Below the pieces are notes generated by a model. It did no database searches and was not told where the DNA came from. It saw only the letters and a program-made list of their open reading frames with translations. This document shows, in pieces, positions 18,524 through 28,296 of a stretch of 64,000 bases of DNA (positions are counted from its first letter, which is position 1; each line of letters begins with the position of its first letter). The DNA is taken from assembly GCA_964593065.1 (NCBI GenBank), contig CAZQGO010000001.1, forward strand, positions 268,565-332,564, in the 5' to 3' direction. The translations under genes and the position numbers were made by a program. This DNA is from an uncultured bacterium (lineage in GTDB: Bacteria > Oederibacteriota > JAAXVQ01).

Positions 18524-19678
18524 ATGGAAAATCCTCACAAGCACGATTCCGGCAAGACGGGCGAAGCGGAGAAATCCGGGGCGCCGCCGGCCTCCGGCAC
18601 GAAAAGGCCCGGCGAGGAAATCAGGCCGTCTTTGGACCACGCTTCGCCGCCTTCACCGCCCCCTAGTCCCGGCCCCCCGCAGGCCGCGCCCCCGGCTCGC
18701 CTCCATGACGCCTCCACCGTCGATGAGGAGAACCAGTTGCGCATCCCGCCTCCCGCAGGAGCGGCGGACGCGCCCGCCGGACCGTCCGCCGCCGGACCGG
18801 CAGCTGCAACCCCTTCCCGGGCTGGAACCGCCAAGCCGCAGGCGAGAAGGCCCCGGACGCCTGCTCCGGGACGACCTCCGGCAATGCGGTGGCCGCGGGA
18901 CGGGGAAACGAAGACTCCGGCAGGCCCGGACGCCGTCCCGGCGCCCCGCAGACCCGCCGTCCCGGCGCCCGGCAGGGCGGCGGCTTCCAGGCCAATCGCG
19001 GATGAACAACTCAGGTTTGATATGGCTGCGCAGACCGGGCCCTCCGGCTCCCGGCCCCAGGCTGCCTCCGCGCCGCCGGGACGCTTCCGTCCGGAGGTCC
19101 CGCGCCGCGAAGCCGCGCCGCCCCTGTCCGCGGGCCCGGCAACCCGCCGCTGGCAGACGGCGGCGGCCTGGATGGCAGCGGGGCTGGTGCTGGGAATCCT
19201 GGCGGCGGTATTTTGGTTCAGCTTCGGCCCGGGGGCGACCCACCAACAGCAGGCACAGAAAGACGCTGGCGTGCAGATGACCGCCCTGCAAAAGCAAATA
19301 CAGGCTCTGGAAACCGAGGTGGAAACCAGCCGTTTGAACCTGGAAAACCTGCAAACCGGAAACCGCCGGTTAAACGACCTGTTGAACGCCTTTCGGGAAG
19401 ATTGGGACAAGGCCCCCGAAAAGCCGTCCTACATGAAAACGCCGGATGGCGTAATCCTGTATTGGACCGACAGCATGGTGTGGCGCAAGTACTACGTCTA
19501 TGAAGGCAAGGGCACTGCCGGCGCCTTGTACCGCTATTCCCGCCTCTTGAAAAGGCCTTTCATCTACCTGAAAAATCCCAAACCGGGATTTTGGCGCTAT
19601 GCGGTTTCCGCCCTGAACAAGGAAGGGAAGGAAACCGCCCAGAGCCCCGCCCTGACCCTGAGCTTTCCACTCGAATAA
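18524..19678 (+). CDS. Pro/Ala/Arg-rich membrane-anchored protein with coiled coil and FN3-like C-terminal domain
   Basis: Purine-rich RBS before ATG 18524. About 220 aa of low-complexity P/A/R-rich sequence, then one TM helix (AAWMAAGLVLGILAAVFWFSF), a coiled coil (LQKQIQALETEVETSRLNLENLQ) and a beta-rich tail (ILYWTD...YYVYEG...WRYAVSALNKEGKE). Confidence 0.55.
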   Translation: MENPHKHDSGKTGEAEKSGAPPASGTKRPGEEIRPSLDHASPPSPPPSPGPPQAAPPARLHDASTVDEENQLRIPPPAGAADAPAGPSAAGPAAATPSRAGTAKPQARRPRTPAPGRPPAMRWPRDGETKTPAGPDAVPAPRRPAVPAPGRAAASRPIADEQLRFDMAAQTGPSGSRPQAASAPPGRFRPEVPRREAAPPLSAGPATRRWQTAAAWMAAGLVLGILAAVFWFSFGPGATHQQQAQKDAGVQMTALQKQIQALETEVETSRLNLENLQTGNRRLNDLLNAFREDWDKAPEKPSYMKTPDGVILYWTDSMVWRKYYVYEGKGTAGALYRYSRLLKRPFIYLKNPKPGFWRYAVSALNKEGKETAQSPALTLSFPLE

Positions 19679-19702
19679 GGGGCTTCGCGGACCCTCCGGC
19701 CT

Positions 19703-20245
19703 ATGCGCGCACGCACGGTCAGGCAAATCACCTCGGCGGCGGTTTTGGGCGGTGCTCTCCTCGCAGGCCTGGTTTTGCTGCCCCGGCCCGGACCCGAGCG
19801 GGCCCGGGTCCTGTACGTCGTGGACGGCGACACCTTGAAGGTCGAATACCAGGGCGCGCGGGAAAGCGTCCGCCTCATCGGCATCGACGCGCCGGAGGTG
19901 CATGCCAACGCCAAGGCCCGCCGCGACGCCCGGCGCAGCCGCCGTGATTTGCGCCTCATCACGCGCCTGGGACGGGCTTCCAAGCAATTCGTCGAAAGCC
20001 GGCTGGCACGGGGTGCGGAAATCCGGTTGGAATTCGACGTCGAAAAAAGGGATCGCTACGGGCGGCTGCTCGCCTACGTGGTTCTCGCCGACGGCACCCT
20101 GTTCAATGCGGAAATCGTGCGCGCAGGCTACGCCGGCTTGATGACCATCCCCCCGAACGTTAAATACCGGGCGGCTTTGGCGGCCGCCTTTGAGTCGGCG
20201 CGCGAATCCCGCGCCGGCTTGTGGCAGGAGGATGCTTTTCCATGA
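19703..20245 (+). CDS. Thermonuclease (staphylococcal nuclease-like) family protein
   Basis: VVDGDTLKV, VRLIGIDAPE and DRYGRLLAYV motifs of the SNase fold, with an N-terminal signal/anchor. Confidence 0.85.
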   Translation: MRARTVRQITSAAVLGGALLAGLVLLPRPGPERARVLYVVDGDTLKVEYQGARESVRLIGIDAPEVHANAKARRDARRSRRDLRLITRLGRASKQFVESRLARGAEIRLEFDVEKRDRYGRLLAYVVLADGTLFNAEIVRAGYAGLMTIPPNVKYRAALAAAFESARESRAGLWQEDAFP

Positions 20246-20835
20246 CCTTGCTCGAGATTCTGGCCCATCCGGAGCCGGCCAGTTTCAATCATGCCCTGGC
20301 CGAAGAAGTCCGCGGGATCCTGCTGGCAGCGGGCCATGAGGTGATGTATCACGATCTGTACGGAGAGGATTTTCCCCCGGTGTTGCCGGGGGCGGAAATC
20401 CCGGCCGGGGCCCCCCTGGATCCGCAGGTCGCGCGCCATTGCCGGGAGCTGTCCCGCGCGGAAGGCCTGATCTTGGTGCACCCCAATTGGTGGGGCCAGC
20501 CGCCGGCGTTGTTGAAAGGCTGGGTGGATCGCGTCTTTCGCCCGGGGGTGGCGTATCGCTTCCAGCCTGGCGACGGCGGGGCGGGCGTTCCGGAGGGGCT
20601 GTTGACGGCCAGGACGGCGCTGATTTTCAACACCGGCAACACCCCGCCGGAGCGGGAACGGGAGGTTTTCGGCGATCCCCTGGAAACACTCTGGACACGG
20701 TGCATCCTGAATTTTTGCGGTGTGCGCGACGTGCGCCGCAGGTTGTTCGCCACGGTGGCCGACAGCAACCCCGAGCAAAGGCGGGCGTGGATTCGGGAGG
20801 CGCGGGACATGGCGGCCGACGCTTTCCCGGCCTGA
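20242..20835 (+). CDS. NAD(P)H dehydrogenase (quinone), flavodoxin-like fold family
   Basis: ATGA overlap with the nuclease stop. HPNWWGQPPALLKGWVDRVF is the hallmark of the Flavodoxin_2 / KefF-MdaB-like family. Confidence 0.8.
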   Translation: MTLLEILAHPEPASFNHALAEEVRGILLAAGHEVMYHDLYGEDFPPVLPGAEIPAGAPLDPQVARHCRELSRAEGLILVHPNWWGQPPALLKGWVDRVFRPGVAYRFQPGDGGAGVPEGLLTARTALIFNTGNTPPEREREVFGDPLETLWTRCILNFCGVRDVRRRLFATVADSNPEQRRAWIREARDMAADAFPA

Positions 20836-21051
20836 TTCCGCTCCGCCCGGCGCCGCAGCGCGGGCCGCAAATCCCCGGCCCGATCCGCGGCGGGCAAAAC
20901 CTCCTTGGCGGACCCGGGGAGCCCGTGGTACAATTCGCCCGATTCCCGCGCCGTTTCTACGGTGGCCCGCGCTTGGCGTCCATCCGGCCTCCGGGAACCC
21001 ATGGCGGAGGAGGGAAGACCGCGGGCGCCATGGCGCCAAGGAGGAACCAGC

Positions 21052-22776
21052 ATGTCCGAACCCCAACGCCTGATCGTCGTCGGCGGCGTGGCCGGCGGAG
21101 CGTCCGCGGCCGCCCGGGCGCGGCGCTTGTCCGAAAAGGATGAAATCATCCTGTTCGAACGGGGGCCGGAAATCTCCTATGCCAACTGCGGCCTGCCCTA
21201 CCATATCGGCGGCGTCATCCCGGAGCGCCGCCGCCTGCTGGTGCAGACGGCGGAGGGCATGCGCAGGCGCTTCCGCATCGACGTCCGCGTGCAGACCGAA
21301 ATCCTCCGCATCGACCGCCAGGCCAAAACCGTCCTGGCCCGGGAGGCCGCCACCGGCCGCGAGTACACGGAACGGTATGACCGCCTGATCCTCAGCCCGG
21401 GGGCGGACCCGGTTCGCCCTCCCCTCGCGGGCATCGATTCGGAAAAAATATTCACCCTGCGGACCCTGGCCGACATGGACCGCATCCTGGGGGCCTTGGG
21501 CCATCCGCCGGAGGCAAAAGTTGTGATCGTGGGCGGGGGGTACATCGGCCTGGAAATGGCGGAAGCCCTGCGTCGCCGGCAGGCTTCAGTCGTGCTGGTG
21601 GAGATGGAGCCGCAGGTCATGAGTTCGCTCGACCCGGAGATGACGACGGCCATCCATGAACAGCTGGCCCTGCACGGCGTGGAACTGAAGCTGCGGACGC
21701 GCGTGACGGGCTTTGCGGAGAACGGGGGCGGCTTGGCTGTTCAAATGGAGTCCGGCGGGACCCTGGAATGCGATTTTGCGCTGCTGGCCATGGGCGTCAA
21801 ACCGGACGTCGGACTGGCGCGCGCGGCCGGTCTGGAATTAGGGCCGCTCGGGGGCATCCGGGTGGATGCGCACCTGCGTTCCAGCGATCCGGACATCTGG
21901 GCGGTGGGCGATGCGGCGGAGACCGAGGACTGGGTCACCGGCCGGCCGGCGCTGGTCCCGCTGGCGGGTCCGGCCAACCGCCAGGGCCGGCTGGCGGCGG
22001 ACAATGCCGCGGGCCGGGACCAGGCCTACCGCCGCACCCAGGGGACGGCGATCTGTAAAATCTTCGATGTAACGGCGGGCAGCACGGGCGTGAACGAGAA
22101 AAGCCTGAAGAAGGCGGGAACGCCCTACGAAAAAATTTACGTGCATCCCGCGGATCATGCCACGTATTATCCGGGGGCCCATGCGCTGCGTCTCAAGTTG
22201 TTGTTCGATCCGCAGCAGGGCCGCCTGCTCGGCGCCCAGGCCGTGGGCCGGGCCGGCGTGGACAAGCGCCTGGACGTTTTAGCCGTGGCCTTAAGGGCCC
22301 GGATGACGGTCTTCGACCTGGAAAACCTGGAGCTGGCCTATGCGCCGCCCTACGGTTCGGCCAAGGACGCGGTGAATTATGCCGGGTTCGTGGCCGCCAA
22401 CGTACTGCGGGGCGATGTCCGCATCTGCCACGTGGAGGACGTCCTGCGGCGGGGACCGGACACCCTCCTGCTGGACGTGAGGTCGCGGGCGGAGGTCAAG
22501 CAAGCGCCGGTTCCCGGCGCGGTCAACATCCCCATCGACCACCTGCGCGGGCGCCTGGAGGAACTGCCCCGGGACCGGGACATCCAGGTGATCTGCCACG
22601 TCGGCATGCGCGCCTACCTGGCCTGCCGGATTCTCAGCCAGCACGGGTTTTCCTGCTGCAACGTGAGCGGCGGGTTCCGAACCTACCAGGACGTGGCCGG
22701 AATCATGGCCCCGCGGGAAGAGACGGAACAGGAAGCGCTCGAGGATACGGGGGAAAAACAGGTCGTGCCCGAATGA
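21052..22776 (+). CDS. CoA-disulfide reductase / NADH oxidase family flavoprotein with C-terminal rhodanese domain
   Basis: AGGAGG RBS. FAD motif VVGGVAGGASAA, redox cysteine SYANCGLPY, second dinucleotide motif IVGGGYIGLE, and a C-terminal rhodanese with CHVGMRA. Confidence 0.88.
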   Translation: MSEPQRLIVVGGVAGGASAAARARRLSEKDEIILFERGPEISYANCGLPYHIGGVIPERRRLLVQTAEGMRRRFRIDVRVQTEILRIDRQAKTVLAREAATGREYTERYDRLILSPGADPVRPPLAGIDSEKIFTLRTLADMDRILGALGHPPEAKVVIVGGGYIGLEMAEALRRRQASVVLVEMEPQVMSSLDPEMTTAIHEQLALHGVELKLRTRVTGFAENGGGLAVQMESGGTLECDFALLAMGVKPDVGLARAAGLELGPLGGIRVDAHLRSSDPDIWAVGDAAETEDWVTGRPALVPLAGPANRQGRLAADNAAGRDQAYRRTQGTAICKIFDVTAGSTGVNEKSLKKAGTPYEKIYVHPADHATYYPGAHALRLKLLFDPQQGRLLGAQAVGRAGVDKRLDVLAVALRARMTVFDLENLELAYAPPYGSAKDAVNYAGFVAANVLRGDVRICHVEDVLRRGPDTLLLDVRSRAEVKQAPVPGAVNIPIDHLRGRLEELPRDRDIQVICHVGMRAYLACRILSQHGFSCCNVSGGFRTYQDVAGIMAPREETEQEALEDTGEKQVVPE

Positions 22777-22816
22777 GCCTTTCCGCGGGGAAATCCGGCG
22801 GGTCAGGAGAGGGAGC

Positions 22817-23404
22817 ATGAAAAAATCATTGGGAGCCAGGCCGCTCGTTGTCCCCGCGCCGGTGTTCATCATCGGCACCTATGACAAGCAGGACAGGCCC
22901 AATGCCATGTGCGTCGCCTGGGGAGGGATCTGCTGCTCGCGCCCGCCCTGCGTCGCCATTTCCGTGCGGCCGGCGACGCACACTCACGGCAACTTGCTGG
23001 AGCACAAGGCCTTTACCCTGAACATCCCCTCCCGCGGCCAGCTGAAGGAATCGGATTATTTTGGAATCGCCTCGGGCAAACAGGAAAACAAGTTCGCCGC
23101 CACGGGCTTGACGCCGGTAAAAAGCGACCGGGTCCATGCCCCGTACGTCCGGGAGTTTCCGCTGGTCTTGGAATGCCAAGTCATCCTGAATCTGCAGATC
23201 GGGTCCCATACCCAATTCGTGGGCGAAATCGCGGACGTGAAAGCGGAGGCGGAGGTGCTGGATGACAAGGAGAGGGTGGACTTGGCCAAGGTGGACCCCC
23301 TGATTTTTTCTCCGGATCAGCATGCGTATTACACCGCGGGGCCGTGGCTGGCCGAGGCCTTCCGCGTGGGCCTGGAGCTCAAGCATCCCGGGGGCCGGTC
23401 CTGA
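22817..23404 (+). CDS. Flavin reductase-like (FMN-binding split-barrel) protein
   Basis: PVFIIGTYD...PNAMCVAWGG...VAISVRPATHTHGNL resembles the flavin reductase-like domain family. Confidence 0.75.
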   Translation: MKKSLGARPLVVPAPVFIIGTYDKQDRPNAMCVAWGGICCSRPPCVAISVRPATHTHGNLLEHKAFTLNIPSRGQLKESDYFGIASGKQENKFAATGLTPVKSDRVHAPYVREFPLVLECQVILNLQIGSHTQFVGEIADVKAEAEVLDDKERVDLAKVDPLIFSPDQHAYYTAGPWLAEAFRVGLELKHPGGRS

Positions 23405-23442
23405 CTCTTCTGCAAGCCGGAGACCTGCCCAGGAGGAAGATC

Positions 23443-24570
23443 ATGTGGCACAAGGGTGTGGGAGCGGCGGTGGTCCTGCTTCTTTTGGCCCGGGCGGGCG
23501 GAGGCCAGACCCCGACGCCCGTGGTGGATCCGGGGAGGGACAAAGCGGAACAGATCATCGCGGCGTACAACCGGATCCTGAAGCAGGACCCGGCGGACGT
23601 GGAGGCGTACAACCGCCGGGGCGTGGCGTACACCAATTTGGGAAAATACGAACAAGCGGTCGCGGATTTTTCCATGGCCATCGAACTCAATCCCGGGGAC
23701 GACAAGGCCTATAACAACCGCGGGTTCGCCTTCGCGGCCTGGGGCCGGCCCGGACGGGCCGTGGTGGATTACACCCGCTACCTGGACCAGAACCCCAAAG
23801 ACGCGGCCGCTTGGTACAATCTCGCGACCGCCCGCGCCGCTTTGGGCGATGACGCCCAGGCCTGGGAGGATTTCAACCGCGTCATTGCCCTGCAGCCTAA
23901 AAATCCCAAGGCTTATTTCAACCGGGGCGTGGCCGCGGCCGCCTTGAACCGGCTGGACGACGCGATCCGGGATTTCACGCGGGCGCTGCAGTTGAATCCG
24001 CAGGACACCCATGCGCTGAACAACCGCGGGCTGGCCTTCGGCGCACAGGGCAAGTACGATCAAGCCATCGCCGATTTCACGCGCGCCCTGGAAATCGACC
24101 CCGGGGACACGGGCGCCTATCTCAACCGCGGAACGACCTACAGCCGGAAACGCGCCCCCGCCGCGGCCCTGGCGGATTTTAACGCCATTTTGACCCGGGA
24201 GCCCCGCAATGCGTACGCGCTTCTCAGCCGCGGCATCATCTTCTCCGAACAGGGGGACAGCGACCTGGCCCTCGCCGATTTCAACCAGGCCATCCGCTTT
24301 GCGCCGCACCTGGCCAGCGCCTATTACAACCGCGGCCTGGATTTCAAGGGCCGGCACGCCATACCGGAAGCCGTCCGGGATCTGAAAAAAGCCATCGACC
24401 TGGATCCGAAATTCGCGGAAGCCTACTTTAATTTGGCCTTGATTTACGAAGAAGAAGGACGGCGCTCCGACGCGCGCGAAAAATACCGGCAGTATCTGGA
24501 AAACGCCCCGGCCCAGCAAGCCCCCAGCATCCGCAAGGCGCAGGAAAAAATCCGCGAACTCGAAAAATAA
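23443..24570 (+). CDS. TPR-repeat protein (secreted or periplasmic)
   Basis: AGGAGG RBS and a signal-like N-terminus. About 9 consecutive 34-aa TPR units with recurring AxxDFxxAIxLxPxxxxAYxNRG. Confidence 0.88.
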   Translation: MWHKGVGAAVVLLLLARAGGGQTPTPVVDPGRDKAEQIIAAYNRILKQDPADVEAYNRRGVAYTNLGKYEQAVADFSMAIELNPGDDKAYNNRGFAFAAWGRPGRAVVDYTRYLDQNPKDAAAWYNLATARAALGDDAQAWEDFNRVIALQPKNPKAYFNRGVAAAALNRLDDAIRDFTRALQLNPQDTHALNNRGLAFGAQGKYDQAIADFTRALEIDPGDTGAYLNRGTTYSRKRAPAAALADFNAILTREPRNAYALLSRGIIFSEQGDSDLALADFNQAIRFAPHLASAYYNRGLDFKGRHAIPEAVRDLKKAIDLDPKFAEAYFNLALIYEEEGRRSDAREKYRQYLENAPAQQAPSIRKAQEKIRELEK

Positions 24571-24602
24571 CCCCGTGTCCGCCCCTGAACCGGGCCTGTG
24601 GG

Positions 24603-27098
24603 CTAGGGAATGATGACCAGCTTGAAGGTCTGCCGCAGGGAATCCAGTTGCAGGGCGAGCAGGTACGTGCCCGGGGCCAGGTTTTGGCCGAAGCGGTTCT
24701 GGCAGTCCCAAGGCAGGCGGTAGTTGCCCGCGTTCTGGTGTTCGTGCACCAGCGAGAGGACGCGCCGGCCCCGCAGGTCGAAAACCTCGAGCTTGACCAG
24801 GCCGCTCTTGGGCAGGGAGTAAACCACGGTCGCCCGGCCTCCGCGCTGAATGGGGTTGGGGTAGGCGTGGCCGCCCAGCTTCTCCGGCACGATGGAATTC
24901 AAGGCCAGGTCCTGGCGCAGCGCCGTGTTGGCCGGCAGGGTCACGGAGACCTCGCCGCGGGTGTAGTTGTTCAGCGGGTCCTCGGCCGCCAGCAGATAGG
25001 GCGAGGCGGAAGGCGCCGGCACCAGCAGCGCAAAGTCCCCGGCCTGGCTGTCCACGGCTCCCGCCGCGGCTCCGTCCGGCGCGGTGAGCGTCAGATGGAT
25101 GCCCGACAGCAGCTGCCCGCTCCCCTGGTCGCTGACTTGGCCGTACACGCCGGGCTGGAAATCCACCGACGGATGGTCGTTCAACGCCACGCCCAGCACG
25201 GTTACGGCCAGGGAGCGCGTGCCGGACTGAGCGGCGGTCATGTCGATTTGATAATCTCCCGTCTGCCCGGCCACCGGGGCGAAGGTGGCGGGATCCAGGG
25301 TGACCGTGCCGCCCGACACCGAAAACAGGAAGTCAGTCGCTTGCAGGCCGGTCACCGGCGCATCCGCCTGGTCCCGGATTTGCATCAAGACCCGGGACGG
25401 ATGCTGGCCGGAAGCCAGCACGGGCGAGGTGGCCGTGACCCGGCTCGCCGCCCGGTCCGGCGGGTTGGTCCATTGCAGGGCGGTGGTGCCGGGGTCGGCC
25501 CGGCCGCCCTGGGCGCTGGGCTGGTTCGAGTACCAATTCTCCCATTCCACCACGCGGAACAAGTAGGCCTGGCCGTCGTTCAGCGTCAGGTCGCGCCGGA
25601 CCTGCACGGAGAAGCTGACGGGCGCGGTCGTGTCGGCCGCCTGCACGTAGTACAGACCCTGGGTGGAGGTGCCGTGCAGGGGGACGGGACCGTTGGCGGA
25701 AATCTGTCCGTGGGAATCCACCTGGGTGGGCAGGTCGCCGTCCTGCAGGAAAAGGTACAGGTTGTAATCCGGGGGATAATAGGAAGGGTGGCTCACGCTG
25801 TCCAGCAACTCGACCTGCACCGTGATCGCCTGGCCGGGGGCGGCCCGCATCGCCTGGGGCGTCAGACCCACGTGGTGGAAGGACATGCCCGGGCTTTCCA
25901 TCGTTTCCACGCAGCCGATGTCGGCGATTCCCTGCGGGCGGGGCTGTTGAAAATAGTCGTACGCGGGGGCGCTGTGGCCCAGGAAGCTCATGCTGCCGTG
26001 CGCCCAATTCTTGCCCGTCGTGTCCGGACGGGGCTCGAACGGATAGGGGAACGCGACGGCGTAACTTAAACTTTGACCCCATAGGTCCTGCCCCGTGTAT
26101 TCCTGCCACAGTTTCTGGTGGGGTATCGCGATGAGGGCTCCATTGCCCCCGGGACCCGAAAGCTCCGCGAAGGTCCGGCCCTGGCCTCCGATCAGATTGT
26201 CGCTGCTGCGCCAGCTCGGCTGGGGATCGGAGGGCAGGACCTGGGGATCGTCGCGCCGGGGGGCATAGTCGGTCTTGATTTCTGCCCCGGCGCCTCCCGG
26301 GGTGCCGTTGCCGGAAACGAGGTTGTTGAAGAGCACGGTTCCGGCGCAGGACGACTGCAGGTCCAGGCCGTATTGGTTGCCCGTGATCGCGTTGTTCACC
26401 AGCACGCAGTCCACGGCATTGGCCACGGTTGCGCCCGTCGTGTTGTCCTTGAGCCAGGAGTTCTGGATCCAGCTGTTGGAGCACTTGTCCAGAAGTACGC
26501 CCGTGCCGGTGTGGCTGACCACGCAGCTGTCCACGACCACGTTGCTGCTGGGGGTGGAAACCACGATGCCGTCCCACAGGTGGCTCTGGGCCCAGACCTC
26601 GCACTCGCGCCAGGTCACGCCCGTGCAGTTTTCCACGCGCAGCATGCGCTGGAAAGTGGCGCCGGCCGGTGGGCCGATGAACACCAGGCTCCGGAAACCG
26701 ACGCTCCGCATGTTCTGCAGCAGGACGCTGGAGCTCTGGTTGGCCGTGGCCAGGATTCTCACGGGGCCGCCGTAGCTGAAAATGCCCCCCGCCTCATCGC
26801 CCTGGAATTCCACCGAGCCTACGGAGGTGAAATTACTCAGCACCAGCGTGTCCGAGAGGTAATCACCTGCCGCGATATACACCTGGCAATTGTCCGTCTG
26901 GCCCGACTGGTCGGCTGCCGCCAGGGCCTGCACCGCCCGGGTCACGCTGCCGAAGGCCGTGTTGGGAGTCAGCCCGTCGCTGCCGTCGAACCCGTGCGTG
27001 GAAACATAATAGGTGGTGGGGGCGGGGGTCGCGGCCCAGAGCAGGCCCGGAAGCGCCAGGAAGAAGATCCCGATCAAACCCAGGCTGGAAAATTTCAC
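24603..27098 (-). CDS. Secreted right-handed beta-helix protein with Ig-like/CarboxypepD_reg-like domains and a T9SS-type (FlgD-Ig-like) C-terminal domain
   Basis: Signal peptide ending LLWA. Parallel beta-helix repeats (NSWIQNSWLKDN, CVLVNNAITGN, TVLFNNLVSGN). C-terminal approximately 85 aa YPNPIQRGGRATVVYSL...LEVFDLRGRRV...GNYRLPWD...APGTYLLAL matches the Por/T9SS sorting-domain pattern. Confidence 0.78.
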   Translation of the reverse strand: MKFSSLGLIGIFFLALPGLLWAATPAPTTYYVSTHGFDGSDGLTPNTAFGSVTRAVQALAAADQSGQTDNCQVYIAAGDYLSDTLVLSNFTSVGSVEFQGDEAGGIFSYGGPVRILATANQSSSVLLQNMRSVGFRSLVFIGPPAGATFQRMLRVENCTGVTWRECEVWAQSHLWDGIVVSTPSSNVVVDSCVVSHTGTGVLLDKCSNSWIQNSWLKDNTTGATVANAVDCVLVNNAITGNQYGLDLQSSCAGTVLFNNLVSGNGTPGGAGAEIKTDYAPRRDDPQVLPSDPQPSWRSSDNLIGGQGRTFAELSGPGGNGALIAIPHQKLWQEYTGQDLWGQSLSYAVAFPYPFEPRPDTTGKNWAHGSMSFLGHSAPAYDYFQQPRPQGIADIGCVETMESPGMSFHHVGLTPQAMRAAPGQAITVQVELLDSVSHPSYYPPDYNLYLFLQDGDLPTQVDSHGQISANGPVPLHGTSTQGLYYVQAADTTAPVSFSVQVRRDLTLNDGQAYLFRVVEWENWYSNQPSAQGGRADPGTTALQWTNPPDRAASRVTATSPVLASGQHPSRVLMQIRDQADAPVTGLQATDFLFSVSGGTVTLDPATFAPVAGQTGDYQIDMTAAQSGTRSLAVTVLGVALNDHPSVDFQPGVYGQVSDQGSGQLLSGIHLTLTAPDGAAAGAVDSQAGDFALLVPAPSASPYLLAAEDPLNNYTRGEVSVTLPANTALRQDLALNSIVPEKLGGHAYPNPIQRGGRATVVYSLPKSGLVKLEVFDLRGRRVLSLVHEHQNAGNYRLPWDCQNRFGQNLAPGTYLLALQLDSLRQTFKLVIIP

Positions 27099-27184
27099 GG
27101 CTCACCTCGCGTGGCAGGATTCGGGCGCGCACCCCTGCGTTGCGCGCCTCGGGCGGCAGGAGGCCCGGCCCGGCGTTCGGGAAG

Positions 27185-28075
27185 TTACCTCCCCAGGAGC
27201 CTTTTTAAATTCGGCAATTGCTCCTGGGCCGCGGCCCGCCCGGCCTCGATCAGCTCTTTTTTGCGGCTGAAATCCGTAATGCCCACGTTGCCGACATCCG
27301 GCTCGATGAGCACATCGAAGCGGTCGCGGTTCAGGCGCACGATTTCCTCGCTCATGATATCGATGGATTCGAGCACGACGCTCAGGATGTTGGGGGCGCC
27401 GTTGGAAAAATCGGGCTGGCGTTTGGAGACATTCACGCCGATGACGATCTCCGCGCCCAAATCCCGCGCGATTTTCGGCGACAGATTGCCCAGCACGCCC
27501 CCGTCCACCAGCAGCTGGTTGCCGTGGGGAACCGGCGGAAAGACTCCGGGCACCGAAGTGCTGGCCCGGATCGCGTCCCGAATCGGGCCGCTCTGGAAAA
27601 CCACGGGCTGGCCGGTGTTCAGATCCGCCGCCACCACGGCCAGGGGGATTTTCAAATCCTCCAGGTAGCGGGCCGTGATGTTATGATCCACGTAGGCCTT
27701 GATGGCTTCGCCCTTGGCCAGGCTTTCGCGGAGATTGAAAACGCTGTAATCGAAGATCTCCTTCTTGTCGATCTGGAAAGACTTCCATTCCAGGGTGAAG
27801 GAATTCGCGCTGTCCGCGTACATGGCGCCGATCAGGCTCCCCACGCTGACGCCCACGATGAGATCGATGGGAATCTTGGCGTTCTCCAGTTCCCGGATGA
27901 CGCCGACATGGGCGAAGCCCCGTGCGCCGCCTCCGCCCAGGACCAGCGCGACTTTTTTAGGTTGCGCGTTTTGCGGCGCCGTGGCGCAGCCGCCTGAGAA
28001 TACCGCGAACGCCAAGACGGCGGCGCCCCACACCAGAATGGTCCATCCGTGCCGACGTTGGACATGCCTGAACAT
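27185..28075 (-). CDS. Patatin-like phospholipase
   Basis: Oxyanion motif GGGGARG, nucleophile GVSVGS and catalytic DGG (VDGGV), with an N-terminal TM/lipoprotein-like segment. Confidence 0.88.
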   Translation of the reverse strand: MFRHVQRRHGWTILVWGAAVLAFAVFSGGCATAPQNAQPKKVALVLGGGGARGFAHVGVIRELENAKIPIDLIVGVSVGSLIGAMYADSANSFTLEWKSFQIDKKEIFDYSVFNLRESLAKGEAIKAYVDHNITARYLEDLKIPLAVVAADLNTGQPVVFQSGPIRDAIRASTSVPGVFPPVPHGNQLLVDGGVLGNLSPKIARDLGAEIVIGVNVSKRQPDFSNGAPNILSVVLESIDIMSEEIVRLNRDRFDVLIEPDVGNVGITDFSRKKELIEAGRAAAQEQLPNLKRLLGR

Positions 28076-28296
28076 GCAGCCCGCTCCCTGATTTGGACTG
28101 GAAACGGTCCCATCTTACCAAATTTCGGCGGGCAAGCCTACTAAAACGACATTCCGCCCGGCCGCGAAACAGCGGTTTGGCAATGGAAAGCCGAGCATGC
28201 ATATTGATTTTCTTTCGAAAAACAGGGAAAATATACGGCGGGTGCCCTGCAGGCGACTGACCCTCATCCTCTGCCGCACCAGGAAAGGCGGTCCGT

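Noticed and set aside
17955-19280. 441-aa plus-strand ORF spanning the GGDEF gene start and the Pro-rich gene
   Set aside because: Its first part is antisense to the PAS domain of a well-supported gene. The rest is an alternative frame of the low-complexity region. It has no RBS and no ordered domain, unlike the chosen frame.
20128-21504. 458-aa minus-strand ORF
   Set aside because: It overlaps the well-supported NQO-like and CoADR genes on the opposite strand, and its composition is R/G/A/P-rich.
24648-26069. 473-aa plus-strand ORF
   Set aside because: It is antisense to the beta-helix/T9SS-CTD protein gene, with shadow-frame composition.
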